Assembly (NCBI RefSeq): GCF_963921235.1
Contig: NC_086117.1
Coordinates: forward strand, 25,298,001-25,362,000
Reading direction: 5' to 3'
Length of the DNA stretch: 64,000 nt
DNA from: Mobula hypostoma
Lineage: Eukaryota
Shown: one piece after another, positions 12,005-25,703 of the stretch
Position numbering within the stretch: position 1 is the first letter of the stretch
Layout of the letters: every line of letters starts with the position of its first letter
Position numbers and translations under genes: made by a program
The notes under the pieces: model-generated
Told to the model about the DNA's origin: nothing
What the model saw: the letters and a program-made list of their open reading frames with translations, nothing else
Database searches by the model: none

Positions 12005-12159
12005 CTGCAGGAAGGAAGAAACGAGTAGCAGTTCAAAGGCCCTATGCTTAGAATACCACTGCTGGCCTAAACACCCGTCTGGTGGCCTAAACACTCTACC
12101 ACTGGCCAACTATTTCATCACTAGCTCTGCAGCTAGCAGCACACAGGAAAGCTAAAAGT

Positions 12160-12840
12160 CATAGGTTGAGTCTATGGTAAAGAAGGCACAAATGTAATGT
12201 TGCCATTTATTTCAAGGGGAATAGAGTATAAAAGGAAATAATGCTGAGGCTTTATAAGACACTAGTCAGGCTGCACCTAAGAGTACCATCAACAGTTTTG
12301 GGCTCCATATCTCAGAAAGGATGTGTTGTCATTGGAGAGTCCAGAGGAGGTTCATGAGGATGATTCCGGGAATGAAAGGGCTAACATTTGAGGAGTGTTT
12401 GGCAGCTTTGGGCCTGTACTCACTGGAATTTAGAAGAATGTTTGGAGGGGGGAGGGATCTCATTGAAACCTACTGAATGTTGAAAGGACTAGATAGGGTA
12501 GATGTGGAGAGGATGGTTCCTGTGGTGGGGGTGTCCAGAACTAGAGGGCACAGCCTCAAAATTGAGGGGTGACCCTTTAGAACAGAGGCAAGGAGGAATT
12601 TTTTTTAGCCACAGAGTAGTAAATCTGTGGAATGCTCTGCCACAGACTGCAGTGGAGGCCAAGTCCGTGGGTATATTTAAAGCAGAAGTTGATAGCTTCT
12701 TGATCAGTCAGGGCATCAAAGAAAATGGCGAGGAGGCAGGGGTATGGGGTTGAGTGGGATCTGGCATCAGCCCTGATGGAATGGCAGAGCAGACTCAATG
12801 GGCTGAATGGCCTAATTCTGCTACTACATCGTATGGTCAC
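12160..12840 (+). mobile_element. CR1-clade LINE 3' fragment
   Basis: FFSHRVVNLWNALPQTAVEAKSVGIFKAEVDSFL, the C-terminal ORF2 motif, plus a CR1 tail. Confidence 0.85.
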
Positions 12841-13239
12841 TTATTAAAACTCTGGCCCTGATGATATTGAGCACAATGTCTGTCACTGGAATATAGCAGC
12901 CCACAAGCCAAAATGCATATTTAGCCAAATCAAAACACCCAAAAATGTGACCTAAAACACATTCCAGTGGCCAAAACATCTCTTGCCGTTAACACAAAGT
13001 ACCAACAGTACATGGCTCAAGTACACACCATTCACTGGCCAAAGTACATACCCCCCACCCCCACTGGCCAAGGCAATCCATCACTACCCAAAAGTATCCT
13101 ATCGGCCAGCATAGCAGTATTGTCTTAAATTAATCACAAAGTAAAAAAAAAATCACACAATCCCACCTTTCCTCACACGCCTTCCCATTCCCATGCTCAG
13201 TTCATAATATCATGCCACAGTGAATTTTCCACTTCTCAC

Positions 13240-13428
13240 CTGTAATTAATGTTTCTTCTTGAATTTTTATCCCAGCTGGAGATTGCTCGCCACATCCGAT
13301 CCATCACATCAACCCGACGAGGTTCTGCGATGGTCCAGGCCTTATCTCCATCAAATATGATATGTGACAGAACCCCACAGGCATTGTACGACACCTCAAT
13401 CCCATCTGCATTGCTTTCTAAGAGACGG
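13240..13428 (-). CDS. ZER1: ZER1 exon 13
   Basis: RLLESNADGIEVSYNACGVLSHIIFDG...WDKNSRRNINYR, 189 nt, donor GTGAGA. Confidence 0.96.
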
Positions 13429-14739
13429 CTGTAAAAGAACCATAAAATAAAATCCACGTTTTTTGTGTGTGTGGGAGAGGAGAAAAGGAGAGCTTACACA
13501 GAAAAGAACTGGTGTTACTATGTCTACCTTCCTTACTAGAAATATGCTGACAAGGACAAGGAGATGCTTTTTATAGCAAGATCTAGGAATAAATAACATT
13601 TTAATTTCAGTATTTGATGATTCTTCGCATTTTCTTGCTGGTAACAACGAGGTTAATGGGATTAACTCAACATATGGAGGATAATGTTTGTTCACTATTT
13701 CCCCCCTTTTTTCATAGAAGAAAATAGTTACAATGCAGCAGTTCTTTGAAAATCCATTATTCTATGAATAATTTCCCTTGAACATATTTTATTTGAAAAT
13801 TTCTTCTGAATTTGTGTATTCATCATTTTGGGCTGCACTGATGATAATCTCAAATAATCAAAGAAAATACTTCTACTTTCACCATTAGATATTTAAAAAT
13901 TAGTTTAAATTTGCATCCTCTGGCTGCCACTCTCCTATAAGTGGTAAGTATTTCTCTCTTTCAATTATTATCAAAGCCCTTCATAATATTGAATGGCTCA
14001 ATACATTATTTGTGATGTATCACTCTGCTCTAAGGAGAACAATCCCAACATCTCTAGTCTCTCACCCTAACTGTTCATCCCTAGTGCTAGTTAGTTAAAT
14101 TTCCTCTGCACCTCTCTCCAAGTCTTGATCTCTTTCCTAATTTTTTTGATTTTTTTGTTGGAGTAGTTATGATTGTGTGATAAAGCAAAACACGGAGCAA
14201 CAATGCAGTACATCTTGCCTTTCTGTTGGTCATGGAAAATTTATTTCTTAATACTACAGGCATGCCTTGGATCCAAATTGAAAATCCATCAAATTCAGTT
14301 CTGAAATGCTCAATCTACTCTTAACCGCAAAAGCTTTCTGATAGACACAATTCCACATTTCCATTAGTCTTCGTGCAACTAAAATTCCTGACATCACTCC
14401 AACTTTAATTTTACGTTCTTGCTGTGGGTGCCTCCCAGCAGAGGAGATAGATTCTCTTTCACTCTTCTGTGGGCTTTCTCATTTAACCATCTGCTACACT
14501 TAAAAACTGGTATGCTCATGCATCCCCCTACACTCAAGTAAATACAAGGCTCGTTTATGCAACTACAATTGGACTGTTTTAACCCTACAATCATTCTAAT
14601 AAATCTGACCTTTGTACTCCCTCCAAGGCCAATATATCCTTGGAACATTTTAATAAAATTTGCCTGGCATTGGGTTAACAGCTGGCTGCAGAAAATAAAC
14701 TGATCTGATCACATTAGCTTCCTGACAGATGTTGTAGGC

Positions 14740-15270
14740 TCAAATTACCTAATAATGTCGCCACTGAGTGTGTGTATGTGGTGTTCTATTGCTGTAGCCA
14801 ATCCACTTCAAGATTCAATATGTTGTGCATTCACAGATGCTCTTCTGCACAAAACTGGTGTAATGCATGGCGATTTGAGTTACTGTCACCTTCCTGTCAG
14901 CTTGAAACAGTCTGGCCATTCTTCTTTCACCTCTCACATTAACAAGGTGGTTAATTGCCCACAGAACTGACCCTCTCTGGATTTTTTTTGTTTTTTTCAC
15001 TATTCTCTGTAAACTCTAAATTCTGTTGTGTGTGAAAATCCTACGAGATCAGCAGTTTGAGATACTCAAACCACCCCGTCTGGCACCAAAAATCATTCCA
15101 TGGTCAAAGTCACTTCTAACCCATACTGATGTCTGGTCTGAACAACAACTGAACCTCTTGACCATGTCTGCATGCTTTTATGTATTGAGTTCTGCCACAT
15201 GATTAGTTGATTAGATATTTGCATTAGTGAGCAAGGTGTACAAGTGTACCTAATAAAGCGGCCACTGCGT
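14740..15270 (-). mobile_element. Internally deleted Tc1-like DNA transposon
   Basis: Transposase relic GERRMARLFQADRKVTVTQI. TIR-like GTACCTAATAAAGCGGCCACTG. Homologous copies at 19290-19890 and 34240-34520. Confidence 0.8.
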
Positions 15271-16168
15271 AGAGAAAAGAACAAATGCAGAAGCAGCTCA
15301 GGTCCACCAATGAAGGAACAAATGGATTGGACCAGTTGCACTTCTGAATAAATTCTAATACAATGAGCTCACAACAACACAGGTAGGACTGTAGCAAATG
15401 AATATGGAAAATGTCAATCTAATTAGTTATGTGAAAGATTGTAGAAGGTGAGAATTGTCTCTTCACCCCTTGATAGGTTTCAAAGTGCTTTAGAAGAAGT
15501 GCTCAAAAGCCACGAATAGATTTTAATACAGCAAGTAAGGAGGAAAACTTCCTACTGGCAGGGCAGTCAGTAACCAAGGTAATTGCTAAAAAAAAAAGGG
15601 AGAAGAGGATATTTGTTGCCATGAGTTATAATCTGGAATGGACCACTTGAAGTTATGATAGATTCAATATTAACCTTCATGTGGCACATGCCTGTGAATA
15701 TTTCAGTCAAAATTAGTAGACCATGGGAAATGAGTAGGGAAGGAGGAATAATTGGATAACTCTTTCAAAGAGTCAATGCTGGTTAGCATGGACTGAATGG
15801 CCTCTCCTTTGCTGAATGATCCAGCGATAAACTGGCCTTGGAGAGAGTACAAAAATTCAGATTTATCCGAATTACTGTAGGGCTAAAACAGCTCCATTGT
15901 AGTTGCACAAACTAGTAGCCGAGCTTCTGGGAAGAGGTGTATGGATAATGCCAGAAGTTACATCAGTGGTGGAGGAGGAGGTTATACCTTTACACAACTG
16001 GGTGAAAAATAATGTATTTTAATAATAAAGGAGGTACTTTAGTGAAGATGGCATTAACAGTGATTATGTCAGTGGGGAAGGGGTGTGGAAAGGATTGAGG
16101 AAAATGGAACTAACTGAAATAACCTCTAGAATTGTAAATAAATTATTTATTCCATATTCAAAACTGAC

Positions 16169-16284
16169 CTGAAGACACTGATGAACTGTGTGGTCATAAG
16201 GTATGGCCGAAGGTGTTTGACCTCAGCAACGTTTCCCAAGAGTCCAAGCATGTTCCGGTGTAATTCTTGTTTTCCTTGGAATTC
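16169..16284 (-). CDS. ZER1: ZER1 exon 12
   Basis: EFQGKQELHRNMLGLLGNVAEVKHLRPYLMTTQFISVF, 116 nt, donor GTCAGT. Confidence 0.95.
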
Positions 16285-16784
16285 CTGGGATTAAAGGATG
16301 AAGAGAAAAGTAGGATGCATTAAATGGACAATCATCCAGTGGTCTCACCTGCCTTTACTATCATGGACAGACATGCTAGCGAGGATGAGGCCTCCCAGAT
16401 TTACCCCTCATCTTGGTTCTCTTCTAGTCTATTACAGGCCCCTGCAGCTATGTTCTTAAGGACCCAGTATTACATTGAAGGCCACTTCTCCACCAAGAGT
16501 AAATTTTGGTCCCACAGCCAGCCTTGGCAGCATTTGGATTCTCAAAGCCAGCTATAATTGGACATCCAGACAGGCGGCACCTCTTTGCCCTGCCATTATC
16601 CTGCACGAGCCATAAGGTGAGTGCCCCATAGACTTCAAGTAAGTGAAAGCTATATGGAATCCCACTCATATTTAATTGGCCAATTGTGCTACTATTCATA
16701 CAGAGGCACAAGATCACTTTAGGATCATTTTACCTTAAAATGCACACTGAACAAGTAAAAGTACATACCCTCTAGGGAACTTAC

Positions 16785-16904
16785 ATTCAAACACTCAAGA
16801 AACAACTTCATTCCATTGCAGTTTAGGAACATCTCACAGTTGTCAGGAGTCTCATCTGTAATGTTCCACAGGGCACTCCATGAAAACTCCATCACTTGAT
16901 CACA
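16785..16904 (-). CDS. ZER1: ZER1 exon 11
   Basis: CDQVMEFSWSALWNITDETPDNCEMFLNCNGMKLFLECLN, 120 nt, donor GTAAGT. Confidence 0.96.
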
Positions 16905-18336
16905 CTGCACAGAAATGCAAATAGAATATGTTAGAAATATTTCACATTTAACTTCTAGCTCACAAAAGACCAGAATATTATACAAAGTGGTTTAAGATTG
17001 CACAGAAGTAAAAGGAAAATTCTCTAAAGCCTAAGATCTTCAATTAAAATATCAAAAACACATACCAGATCTGGTATTGTCCATGGAGAAAGAAACAGTC
17101 GGCATTCCACTGTTCTGGAGTTTTAACTTTGTTTCCCTTTCCACAGATGTTACCTGACCTGTCAGACTCAGGAGGTGACCACAAGGCAAAGGCACGTAAT
17201 AACACACCAGGAGCTATTCTGAATTTTGACTGAGGTCCATGTCGAAATGCAAGTGAGCTTGGGGTTCAGCAAATATGAGGGATGGATAAACAGATCAAGT
17301 CTATCCTCTCCTCACTTAACTTTGGCCCAAGTTTGCAATTTCCCATGGGAATCTAAACAGTTTTTCGATCAATTTTGTTCTCCTCTGACTTGCTGAGTTG
17401 CAATGATCAGCTGTGTCATTTGAGCTTGGTTTGCCACTGCTATGCAACCTAGGAAATGAACAATTTCATCTGTCAAACTTATAGCTGAGTGAGATGGCAC
17501 CTTAAAAGAGATCAACCATCGTCGTTTTGTACAGTTGAAAGTGAACGCCATGCACTTAGGGGCAAGAAATTACAAGGTCCAACAAACAGCAGTTAATTGC
17601 CAGCATTCTCCTGAGGAAAAAAAGTTTAAAACAAGGCCAATTACTGCAGAGGTGCTAGAAAACCCTTTCAATCGTGGTATTCACCTGCATAATTCTTGGA
17701 ATCCTCATTGGAGAGTTACTTGCACTAATGATGATGATAATGGGAAAATGGCAGCAAAATGAGGTGAATTCCAAATTCAGTGTAAGTTTATTATCAAAGT
17801 AGGACAGACCCAGCAAGACAGACAGGGCTTTCAAACTTAAGCTAACTTATTATACTGTATAATATTTCATTACGTGGCATGTCATTTGTTCACCGCATTT
17901 TTCCGAAGATCATCTGATATACATAGAAATCTACAGCACATTACAGGCCCTTCGACCCACAATGTCGTGCCAACCATGTAACCTATTCTAGAAACTGCCT
18001 AGAATTTCCCTACTGCAAAGCCCTCTATTTTTCTAAGCTCCATGTACCTATCTAAGAGTCTCTTAAAAGACCCTATGCTATCAGAGGAACCTGTCAGTAG
18101 GTCGAGGCTTTAACAGGAGATGGATGATAAAGATTTTACGGTACTATATTGAAAACATGCATGATAATTCTTCCTGGCAAACTGAACAATTATCCCTCAC
18201 TAAACAGATAACCCGATCTTAGATTTCAGTTAAATCTTCCTGCGTGCAAATAGTCTGTTTCCCTACATCATAAGTGTGATTTAATTAGCTGTAAAATGCT
18301 TTGGAATATTAAGAATTACGTTTTTCTTTAACTTAC

Positions 18337-18378
18337 CACTTTGTCTGCCAGTTTCTTTTGAATCAATTTCAGCATTGT
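18337..18378 (-). CDS. ZER1: ZER1 exon 10 (42-nt exon)
   Basis: ttgcag|ACA ATG CTG AAA = TMLKLIQKKLADKV, donor GTAAGT. Confidence 0.93.
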
Positions 18379-18499
18379 CTGCAATATGGATTAAAACTGG
18401 TCAGAAACACAATCCACAAGGTCCAATGTAAAACATATTTGAACATGTTGGATATAAATACACAATGGGGGGGGCGGGGTCTTGAATTAGAAAAACACT

Positions 18500-19150
18500 G
18501 TATAAAGAGGATTTGGACATCCTGATAGACTCATCACTATCAACATCTAGACAATGCACAGAAGTGATAAGGAAGGCTAATAGAATGTTGGGCTATATAA
18601 TGCGCTCAGTGAAGTTTAAGACAAAAGAAGTTTTCCTTAAGCTGTATAATGCACTTGTGAGGTCACACCTTGAATACTGCGTACAATTTTGATCTCCGTA
18701 TTGTGCGAGGGATGTGAAGGCACAGGAGAGAGTCCAGAGAAGGGCGACTAGATTCATTTCAGGTCTGCAGGGTATGAGCTATGAAGAAAGATCGAAAGAA
18801 TTAAATCTTCTTAGCTTAGTAGATGCAGAATTAGAGGAGCCGTGATAGAAGAGTTCAAAATCATTCAGGGTATAAGTGGATGCCAGCTGCGACTTCAAAA
18901 TGTACCCATCATCAAGGACACAGGGCCATAGGTGGAGAATGGTAAAGGGGAGATTTCAGACTAACATCAGGAAGCAGCTCTTACACAGTGAGATGTGAAC
19001 ACATGGAACAAACTCCCTAATTGTGTAGTTGAAAGTAGTACCTTAGAGAGACCTTCAAATCTAAACTCAATAGTTATTTCAACACACTACGTGAAAAGGA
19101 AGTTAGCAAGTTCTGTTGATGTCAAAAACTTTCTAAATGTTCTAATGAAT
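18500..19150 (+). mobile_element. CR1/L2-clade LINE 3' fragment
   Basis: KANRMLGYI...LKLYNALVRSHLEYCVQF...ERVQRRATRF relic. Confidence 0.8.
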
Positions 19151-19284
19151 CTGATTGTGCTTTCTACATGGACAAATCTTGTTAATCTAAAATGAGATTA
19201 AATTAACCATTAAACTCTAGCCCCAACATACCAAACTGTTCAACTGTGTTCAATAGGAGTACCAAAGCATTGACTGTAGATTGT

Positions 19285-19890
19285 ACACTAGGTAGCCACT
19301 CTATTAGGTACCTCCTGCACCTATAAATTGGACATCGAGTTCATGTTCAAAGTCTTCTGCTGCTCGTAGCCTATCCACTTCAAGGTTTAATGTTCTTTTA
19401 TACACCACTGTTGTAACACATGATTATTTGTGTTATTGTTGCCTTCCTGTCAGCTTGAACCAGTCTGGCTGTTCTCCTCTGACCTCTCTCATTTAAAAGG
19501 CATTTTCGCCCACAGAACTGCCGCTCACTAGATGTTTTTCCGTGTAGACTCTAGAGCAGGGGTTCCCAACCTGGGGTCTATGGACTCCTTGCTTCATAAA
19601 AAAGGCTAGGAACCTCTGCTCTAGAAACTTATATGCATGCAAATCCTGGGAAATCAGCAATTTCCAAGATACTGAAACCACCCCATCTGGCACCATCAAT
19701 CATTCCACTGTCAACATCATTTAGATCACATTTCTTCCCCTTTCTGATGTTTGGTCTGAACAACAACTGAACCCCTTGACCATGTTTGCATGCTTTTATG
19801 CATTGAGTTGCTGCCACATGATTGGCTGATTAGATATTTGCATTAACGAGCAGGTGTACTGGTATACCTAATAAACTGGCTACTGAGTGC
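19285..19890 (-). mobile_element. Tc1-like element with nested hAT MITE
   Basis: Inverted ends CACT..GTAGCCACTCTATTAGGTAC / ATACCTAATAAACTGGCTACTGAGTG. Transposase N-terminal relic GKKCDLNDVDSGMIDGAR. Confidence 0.8.
19557..19618. mobile_element. 62-bp hAT-like MITE
   Basis: TIR CAGGGGTTCCCAACC / GGCTAGGAACCTCTG, 8-bp TSD CTCTAGAG / CTCTAGAA. Related copy at 27706-27785. Confidence 0.8.
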
Positions 19891-20204
19891 ATTTCATTTC
19901 ATGAAAAGCCTGCAGGAAGCTATAGAAAGTAATTTTAAAAGTTGATTCTTAATAAGTTGTGAGGAAAGGCTTTTTTTTAAACTTCTGCTAAACAAATTTG
20001 CAAGAAGCTACAAATGTTTACAGTGAAAAAGCAGGTGACTCTGCCTAATCACAAAGTATGCTCAGAAATGGATTGTCACTTGTATGAGCTTCCTCTTCAT
20101 AAATTGGCCGGTGCATTTTTTAATAAGAGTAACATTTTGCCAATATTTTACTTTGGGGCAAATACAACTTCTTCTTGTGATGATGCCTGGATGAATCTGG
20201 TGGC

Positions 20205-21760
20205 ATTGTGAGAATCACTTTTACTTTTTGGATTTCTCTTGTGTCTTCAATACAATCCAGCCATTTCTTCTGAGTGAGAAGCTGCAAAGGATGGGCGTAG
20301 ACAAACCCACTATCTCCTGGATTACTGACAACCTGACAGATAGACCCCAGTTTGTACGGCTGGGTAGTTCTCTGTCTGAGATGGTGGTGAGTGGCACTGG
20401 AGCCCCACAAGAGACTGTCCTGTGTCCGTTTCTGTTCACATTGTACACCTCAGACTTTCAGTACAAATCTGAGTCTCGTCACTTGCAGAAGTTTTCTGAT
20501 GTCTCTGTGGTGGTTGGGTGTATCAGAGATGGGCAGGAGTCAGAGGGCCGGTGGACAAGTTTGTGGAGAGGTGTGGGAGGAATCACTTGCTCCTAAATGT
20601 GGCCAAAACCAGGAGATGGTGATTGATTATAGGAGGAAGAGGACTGTGACGAGCCCTGGATACACTCTGGGAGAAGAAGTTGCAGTGGTGGAGGAGTACA
20701 AATACTTGGGTGTTCACCTCGATAACAGACTTGACTGGAAAACCAACACCAAGGCTGTTTACAAGAAAGGGATGAGCAGACTCTATTTTCTAAGGAAGCT
20801 GAGATCCTTCAATGTGGGCAGCAGAATGTTGGAGACCTTTGACCAGTCTGTTGTAGCGAGTGCAGTTTTCTTTGCTGCTTTATGTTGGGCGATCAGCATT
20901 TTTTGCTGGTGATGCAAAAAGACTAAGTGAACTCATCAAAAAGACTGGATCTGTCCTTGGCTACAACCCGGACTCATTTGAGTTAGAGGTGGAGAGGAGG
21001 TCACTAAACAAACTGTTATTCATTATGGATAATTAGGCACATCGTCTCCATGACCTACTGAATAAGCAGTGGAGCACCCTTTCAAACAGCCTCATTCAGA
21101 TCCACTGTCACAAGGATTGTCACAGAAAATCTTTCCTACCAAATGCAATAAGCATATACAACAGTTCATCTCTGTACAACAGGAGAATACACATCATAGT
21201 ACAATAGTCTCTGTTTTATTATTTTGTAAAGTAATACGTGGCCTGGAAGACAGGGGGAGGGAGAGAGGGAGGGGGAGGGGGAGAGGGAGAGGGAGAGGGA
21301 GAGACCGACCCTGTGGAATGTCGAATTACCGGATGAACAAGTAGACTTTGGGGTATTGCGTCTCTAAGTTTACTGATGCTTTGCTGCACACTTGAATGCT
21401 CAGTGGAGGGTGCAGATGATTTTTTGCTGGTGGGGGTGTCGTCACTTTGCTGCTGCATATGCGTGGGAGGGGGAGCTGGGGGAGTTTGGGGTTCTAACAT
21501 TTAACTGTCATTCATTCTTTGGGGCACTCCTCTGTTTTTGTGGATGTTTGCGAAGAAGAAGAATTTCAGGATGTATATTGTATACATTTCTCTGACATTA
21601 AATGTATCTATTGAAACATTATTGCACATTGGTAAATTATTATTGTGTATTATTCTGTATTGTATTATTAGTTAAGTGGCACACTGCTAAGTGTGTTTTT
21701 AAATATTGCTGCTGTAACAGAAGAATCTCCCACTGGGGATCAATAATTATTATTATTATT
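20205..21760 (+). mobile_element. Rex/Babar-like LINE 3' part with nested insertion at ~21235-21608
   Basis: RT relics WITDNLTDRPQFVRL, TGAPQETVLCPFLFTLYT and YKYLGVHLDNRLDW...RLYFLRKLRSFNV. (ATT)n tail at ~21743-21760; (GGGAGA)n at 21255-21303. Confidence 0.85.
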
Positions 21761-21933
21761 ATGTTACATTTATGTAAATTGAATGACGAAGCACAACTTA
21801 GAACATATTATTGGCTTCTATTTCTATCCACTCCGCCCACCTCACTAATATGCTTCACCAGCATAGTTAAGTTACAATGACAATGATACAACAATCTGGT
21901 ACTTCTGCTGGTGGTCATATTCACACTACTTAC

Positions 21934-22149
21934 CGTAACAAATCCCATTTTTCCTACTGCTTCCTTGTGGTCGTTGTCAACTTGGCAGACCAGCGCATTG
22001 CAAAGGTGCACTGCAATGCGTTGGATGGACTCATCCTGCCGCGTCTGATTGAGGATGCGAAGGAGTAGCTCATTCACCCGCCGGTACTGGAATTCCAGCT
22101 CCTCTGGAATACCAAAATTACAGAGCGTCAAGCAGCAATTCCGTTGTAC
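21934..22149 (-). CDS. ZER1: ZER1 exon 9
   Basis: VQRNCCLTLCNFGIPEELEFQYRRVNELLL...HKEAVGKMGFVT, donor GTAAGT, 216 nt. Confidence 0.96.
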
Positions 22150-22531
22150 CTGCAGTGCCGGGATGGGACCGACAGTTAGAGCTAGGCAGAGGAGCATGAT
22201 TAAACACCCAGTACAAACTAACAGCAAGAAAGTGTTAATTGTGAAGGAGTAGATGGGAATTGGAGGAAAGAGACATTAAAAGAAAAGCCTGGTTTTAAAG
22301 AATTAGGGAATCAGGGGCAAGAAAGTAAAGAGAAGGGAAGAGATGGTGAGTGGGGAGGGCTCTCCCACAGTGTCAATTAAGTTATCAACTTGCTGTGTAC
22401 TATTTCTTAGAAACTAACCAAGTGAATTGTATTATGCTGCAAGGAACTATAATATCTAGTCTATATATTAAAAAGCTCAAGTACCACACAGATTACAGAC
22501 GTGCAGATGTGTTGAACGGGTACATTCATAC

Positions 22532-22705
22532 CGTTACCTCGTGGTTGGACTCCATACCATTCAGCACCACCTGAATGACCTGGCGGCGGAGCTTGATGCT
22601 TTGTTCTTGCCGGTAATCTGCGCCAGTCAGGTAGAAGAGTACTGCACTGCCCGTCACCTGAACGCTCTTGTCAAATTTGTGATACTTCAATGCAGAGATC
22701 ACCAG
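22532..22705 (-). CDS. ZER1: ZER1 exon 8 (ARM region)
   Basis: LVISALKYHKFDKSVQVTGSAVLFYLTGADYRQEQSIKLRRQVIQVVLNGMESNHEVT, 174 nt, AG/GT flanks. Confidence 0.95.
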
Positions 22706-23954
22706 CTGCAACAAAGAGAATAGACTTTCAAAACAGCTTCCTTCTACTTTGTTATTAGCATTGTGGCTAGTACATCTCTTAATGGCCTTTCTGTAAGGCC
22801 CCTTCACATTTTTATAGAGTTCCACAAGCATCATTATCACTGTCACTCACAGCTTGCTTCATCACCTTTAGACACAGAATAACTACCTGAACATTATTTC
22901 CTAAATTGGCATAAGGGTTTATCTGCATATCTCAGATTTCCCTCCATCCTATGTTGCTGAGCTGAACTCAGTATCATATAGATTACTGTTTACCCCTTTA
23001 TCTCAGTGAGGAAGTGCTGGACTGTTGGGGGTGGTATCCTTTAAAATGAGATATTGTATGGAGGCAGTAATCCCACAGTACTATTTTGCAGGACTGTAAG
23101 AGATTCTCCCTAGTGCTACCTGTTTCACATCACTGACTACACTTCACTGTTTGCAAAATGCTGACTGGAGGCTGGGAATGATTCAAGTCTTTTTCACTTC
23201 CCTAAAGTAAAAGTCCATTCCCTCTCATGCATTGCAACTAAGGGAATCCCAGATAAATAGTGCTGTCACAAACTCAGTTTCCAAGTTAAAAAGCTCGCTC
23301 TTTTAAATTCAGATGAGATTATTATCTCATCCTTCCAGAATAAAGCAATCTCCATTTGCTCCCTAATCAAGTCCACATCATCTTATTCTTCTGTACTTTT
23401 TATGGGGGGGGGGGAGGAGAGTGCGTTGCGTGAGAAACTCAAGAGACCCAGGCTACCATTTTTTGTGAATTTTGTAAAATTTTGAATTTTAAACCTTACA
23501 CTTGCATTAAATCTATAAATTGGGCAGACCAACTTATTCTGTGCAGAATTAAACTGCAAGAATTGTAAGACAATCGTGCCAAGTAGCATCAAAGAACATC
23601 AAAGTTCAGAAGTTTGAAGTTCAAAGTAAACTTATTACCAAAATACTTCGATGTCACCATATAACATGCTGAGATTCATTTTCTTGTGGACAATCAAATA
23701 CAGCAGAATTAATGAAAAATTACACAAAAACACTGAGAAACAACCAATGTGCAAAAGAAAACTGTAAGAATACATATAATAATAATAATGGTAATAAATA
23801 AAACAGGAAATAAATAATATCCCCTGGCATATATCCCAACGGTAAGCAGGGATTCCTTTACATTCACACCATTAAAAGGGAGTTTCTGTTCTATTCTAAA
23901 AAGGTCACTTTCTAATTCATTGCACTCTTCCTTTCTTTTGACCTTGAACCTTAC

Positions 23955-24104
23955 CTGCAGGGCACGCAATGGCTGGTTAATACATCGGTCAATACGTGCA
24001 ATATCAAAGAGATGATTTATTGCACGCGAAGCAATCTCTGGGCGATATTCTGCATAAGCTTCAATAGCATTCAGAATTTGATCCTCATTTGCTTCACCAG
24101 TTAC
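23955..24104 (-). CDS. ZER1: ZER1 exon 7
   Basis: VTGEANEDQILNAIEAYAEYRPEIASRAINHLFDIARIDRCINQPLRALQ, donor GTAAGG, 150 nt. Confidence 0.95.
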
Positions 24105-24182
24105 CTAGTAATAATAGTAGAACTGTAACAAAATCTGCAAGTCAATTGTGCGGGCTCAAAAGTGATTAACAGCAGATCATTT

Positions 24183-24183
24183 A

Positions 24184-24225
<42 letters not shown>

Positions 24226-24250
24226 CACATACACACACACACACACACAC
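24183..24250. repeat. (TA)n(CA)n compound microsatellite in the 206-bp ZER1 intron 6
   Basis: Directly visible. Confidence 0.95.
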
Positions 24251-24310
24251 CTGTACTTAAATGAGCATCCTAATATGAAGAATACCAGTGAGGAAGAGCA
24301 GCTCACTCAC

Positions 24311-24425
24311 CTTATAAGCAGGAATATGTGTTAGATTGCACAGTGTGGTGTCAAATAATCCCAGGAACTGAAAGGATCTCTTTAGTGCACGGAATGGTTC
24401 AATGCTACTCTTTTGTGGCTCGTTA
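24311..24425 (-). CDS. ZER1: ZER1 exon 6
   Basis: NEPQKSSIEPFRALKRSFQFLGLFDTTLCNLTHIPAYK, donor GTGAGT, 115 nt. Confidence 0.95.
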
Positions 24426-25232
24426 CTAAAGACATAAAACAAATGAGATAAATTAGTCCAAATTTATCACATTTCTCAAAAGTTTAAGTGTATTTTTTTT
24501 GCCTCAACATTTAATGGAGGGAAATCTAAGATTACCATCTGAAATTTCAACTTTTTAGTTCCTCAATTCCAAAGTTCTCTCTTCTGATCTATTAACAATC
24601 TCACTCTGTACAATCTCTTAATTGGGTGTTTGGGAACCTGGCTCACTGGGTTTTCATCCAAAATAATTGCTCTCTGCTGTAGCAGCATGAGACTTCCTAC
24701 ATTAGAGATATTGCATGTATTGGCACACAATTAGTTTATTGTGCAGAGCAATAAATAACTAATTAAGTGGTTTTATTCATTAAAATTTGAAAGCTAGGAC
24801 ATTGTGAGAATGTTCCTGTTCTTTTCCAATACATAGGATCTCCAACTTTGCTCTCAACAATTAAAGCGTGCACGTAAAGCATCACAATAACATCTTTTTC
24901 CAAATGATTGTATTGAACTAGAGGGCCAAGCCAGATTATGCACTCATCTCTAAGTAGCACTGAACCCAGTGATGGGAATCTCTGTACTATAAGTGTCATT
25001 CAAAGGAATTCAGGTAGTGTCCTGTGCCAAGTAGTTAACCAAATCATTCATCTCTCTATAATTTGTTGTATCTATACGAACTGGCTATTATCACCTTTCC
25101 AAAGAAATAGTTTGTTGTAAGAGATAACACGCAAAGCTACTACATTTTTATGAGTTTTTTTGGCCGGGTGGCAACCTAATGTTTGAAAAAGAAAGTTCAA
25201 CCTATGATATTTGGCTAAGCCTCAGCTCTCAC

Positions 25233-25409
25233 CTTGCAGGGCCCAAGGCTTCATCGTGACTTGAGATTGCAGAGTTATCCAGCATTAAGTGTCCTGAGAT
25301 GTCTAGTGAGACGAGGTTTTTAAGGTTCTGCACAAAGGCAGTAAGAACTTTCCTGGTCAGTTTGAATTTGTAGAAACTGGAAGTTCTATCACGAGAAATG
25401 TCTAAGTGT
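25233..25409 (-). CDS. ZER1: ZER1 exon 5
   Basis: Manual translation HLDISRDRTSSFYKFKLTRKVLTAFVQNLKNLVSLDISGHLMLDNSAISSHDEALGPA, AG/GT flanks, 177 nt. Confidence 0.95.
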
Positions 25410-25703
25410 CTGTAGAAGAAATTGCAGTAAGATATCAGAGATTAATGCATTTGGTGACATATTGAAAACAATAACTCAAGTACCTCTCTCATTATCACTC
25501 CAACTTTGCATTATCCAATTAGACACACAGACAAAGATTCCAGGTCAGATTTCTGGTCTGCACTGACCAAGCTTAATTTGTTGAGAGTGACTAAGAAGCT
25601 CCCTTACTTGGCTTGCTGACACCCAATGATGCAAGTTCAAAGGCAAGTTCTATCTGACCCTAATAATACCTATGGAGGCAAGAGTGGGCAAATCAGAATT
25701 AAC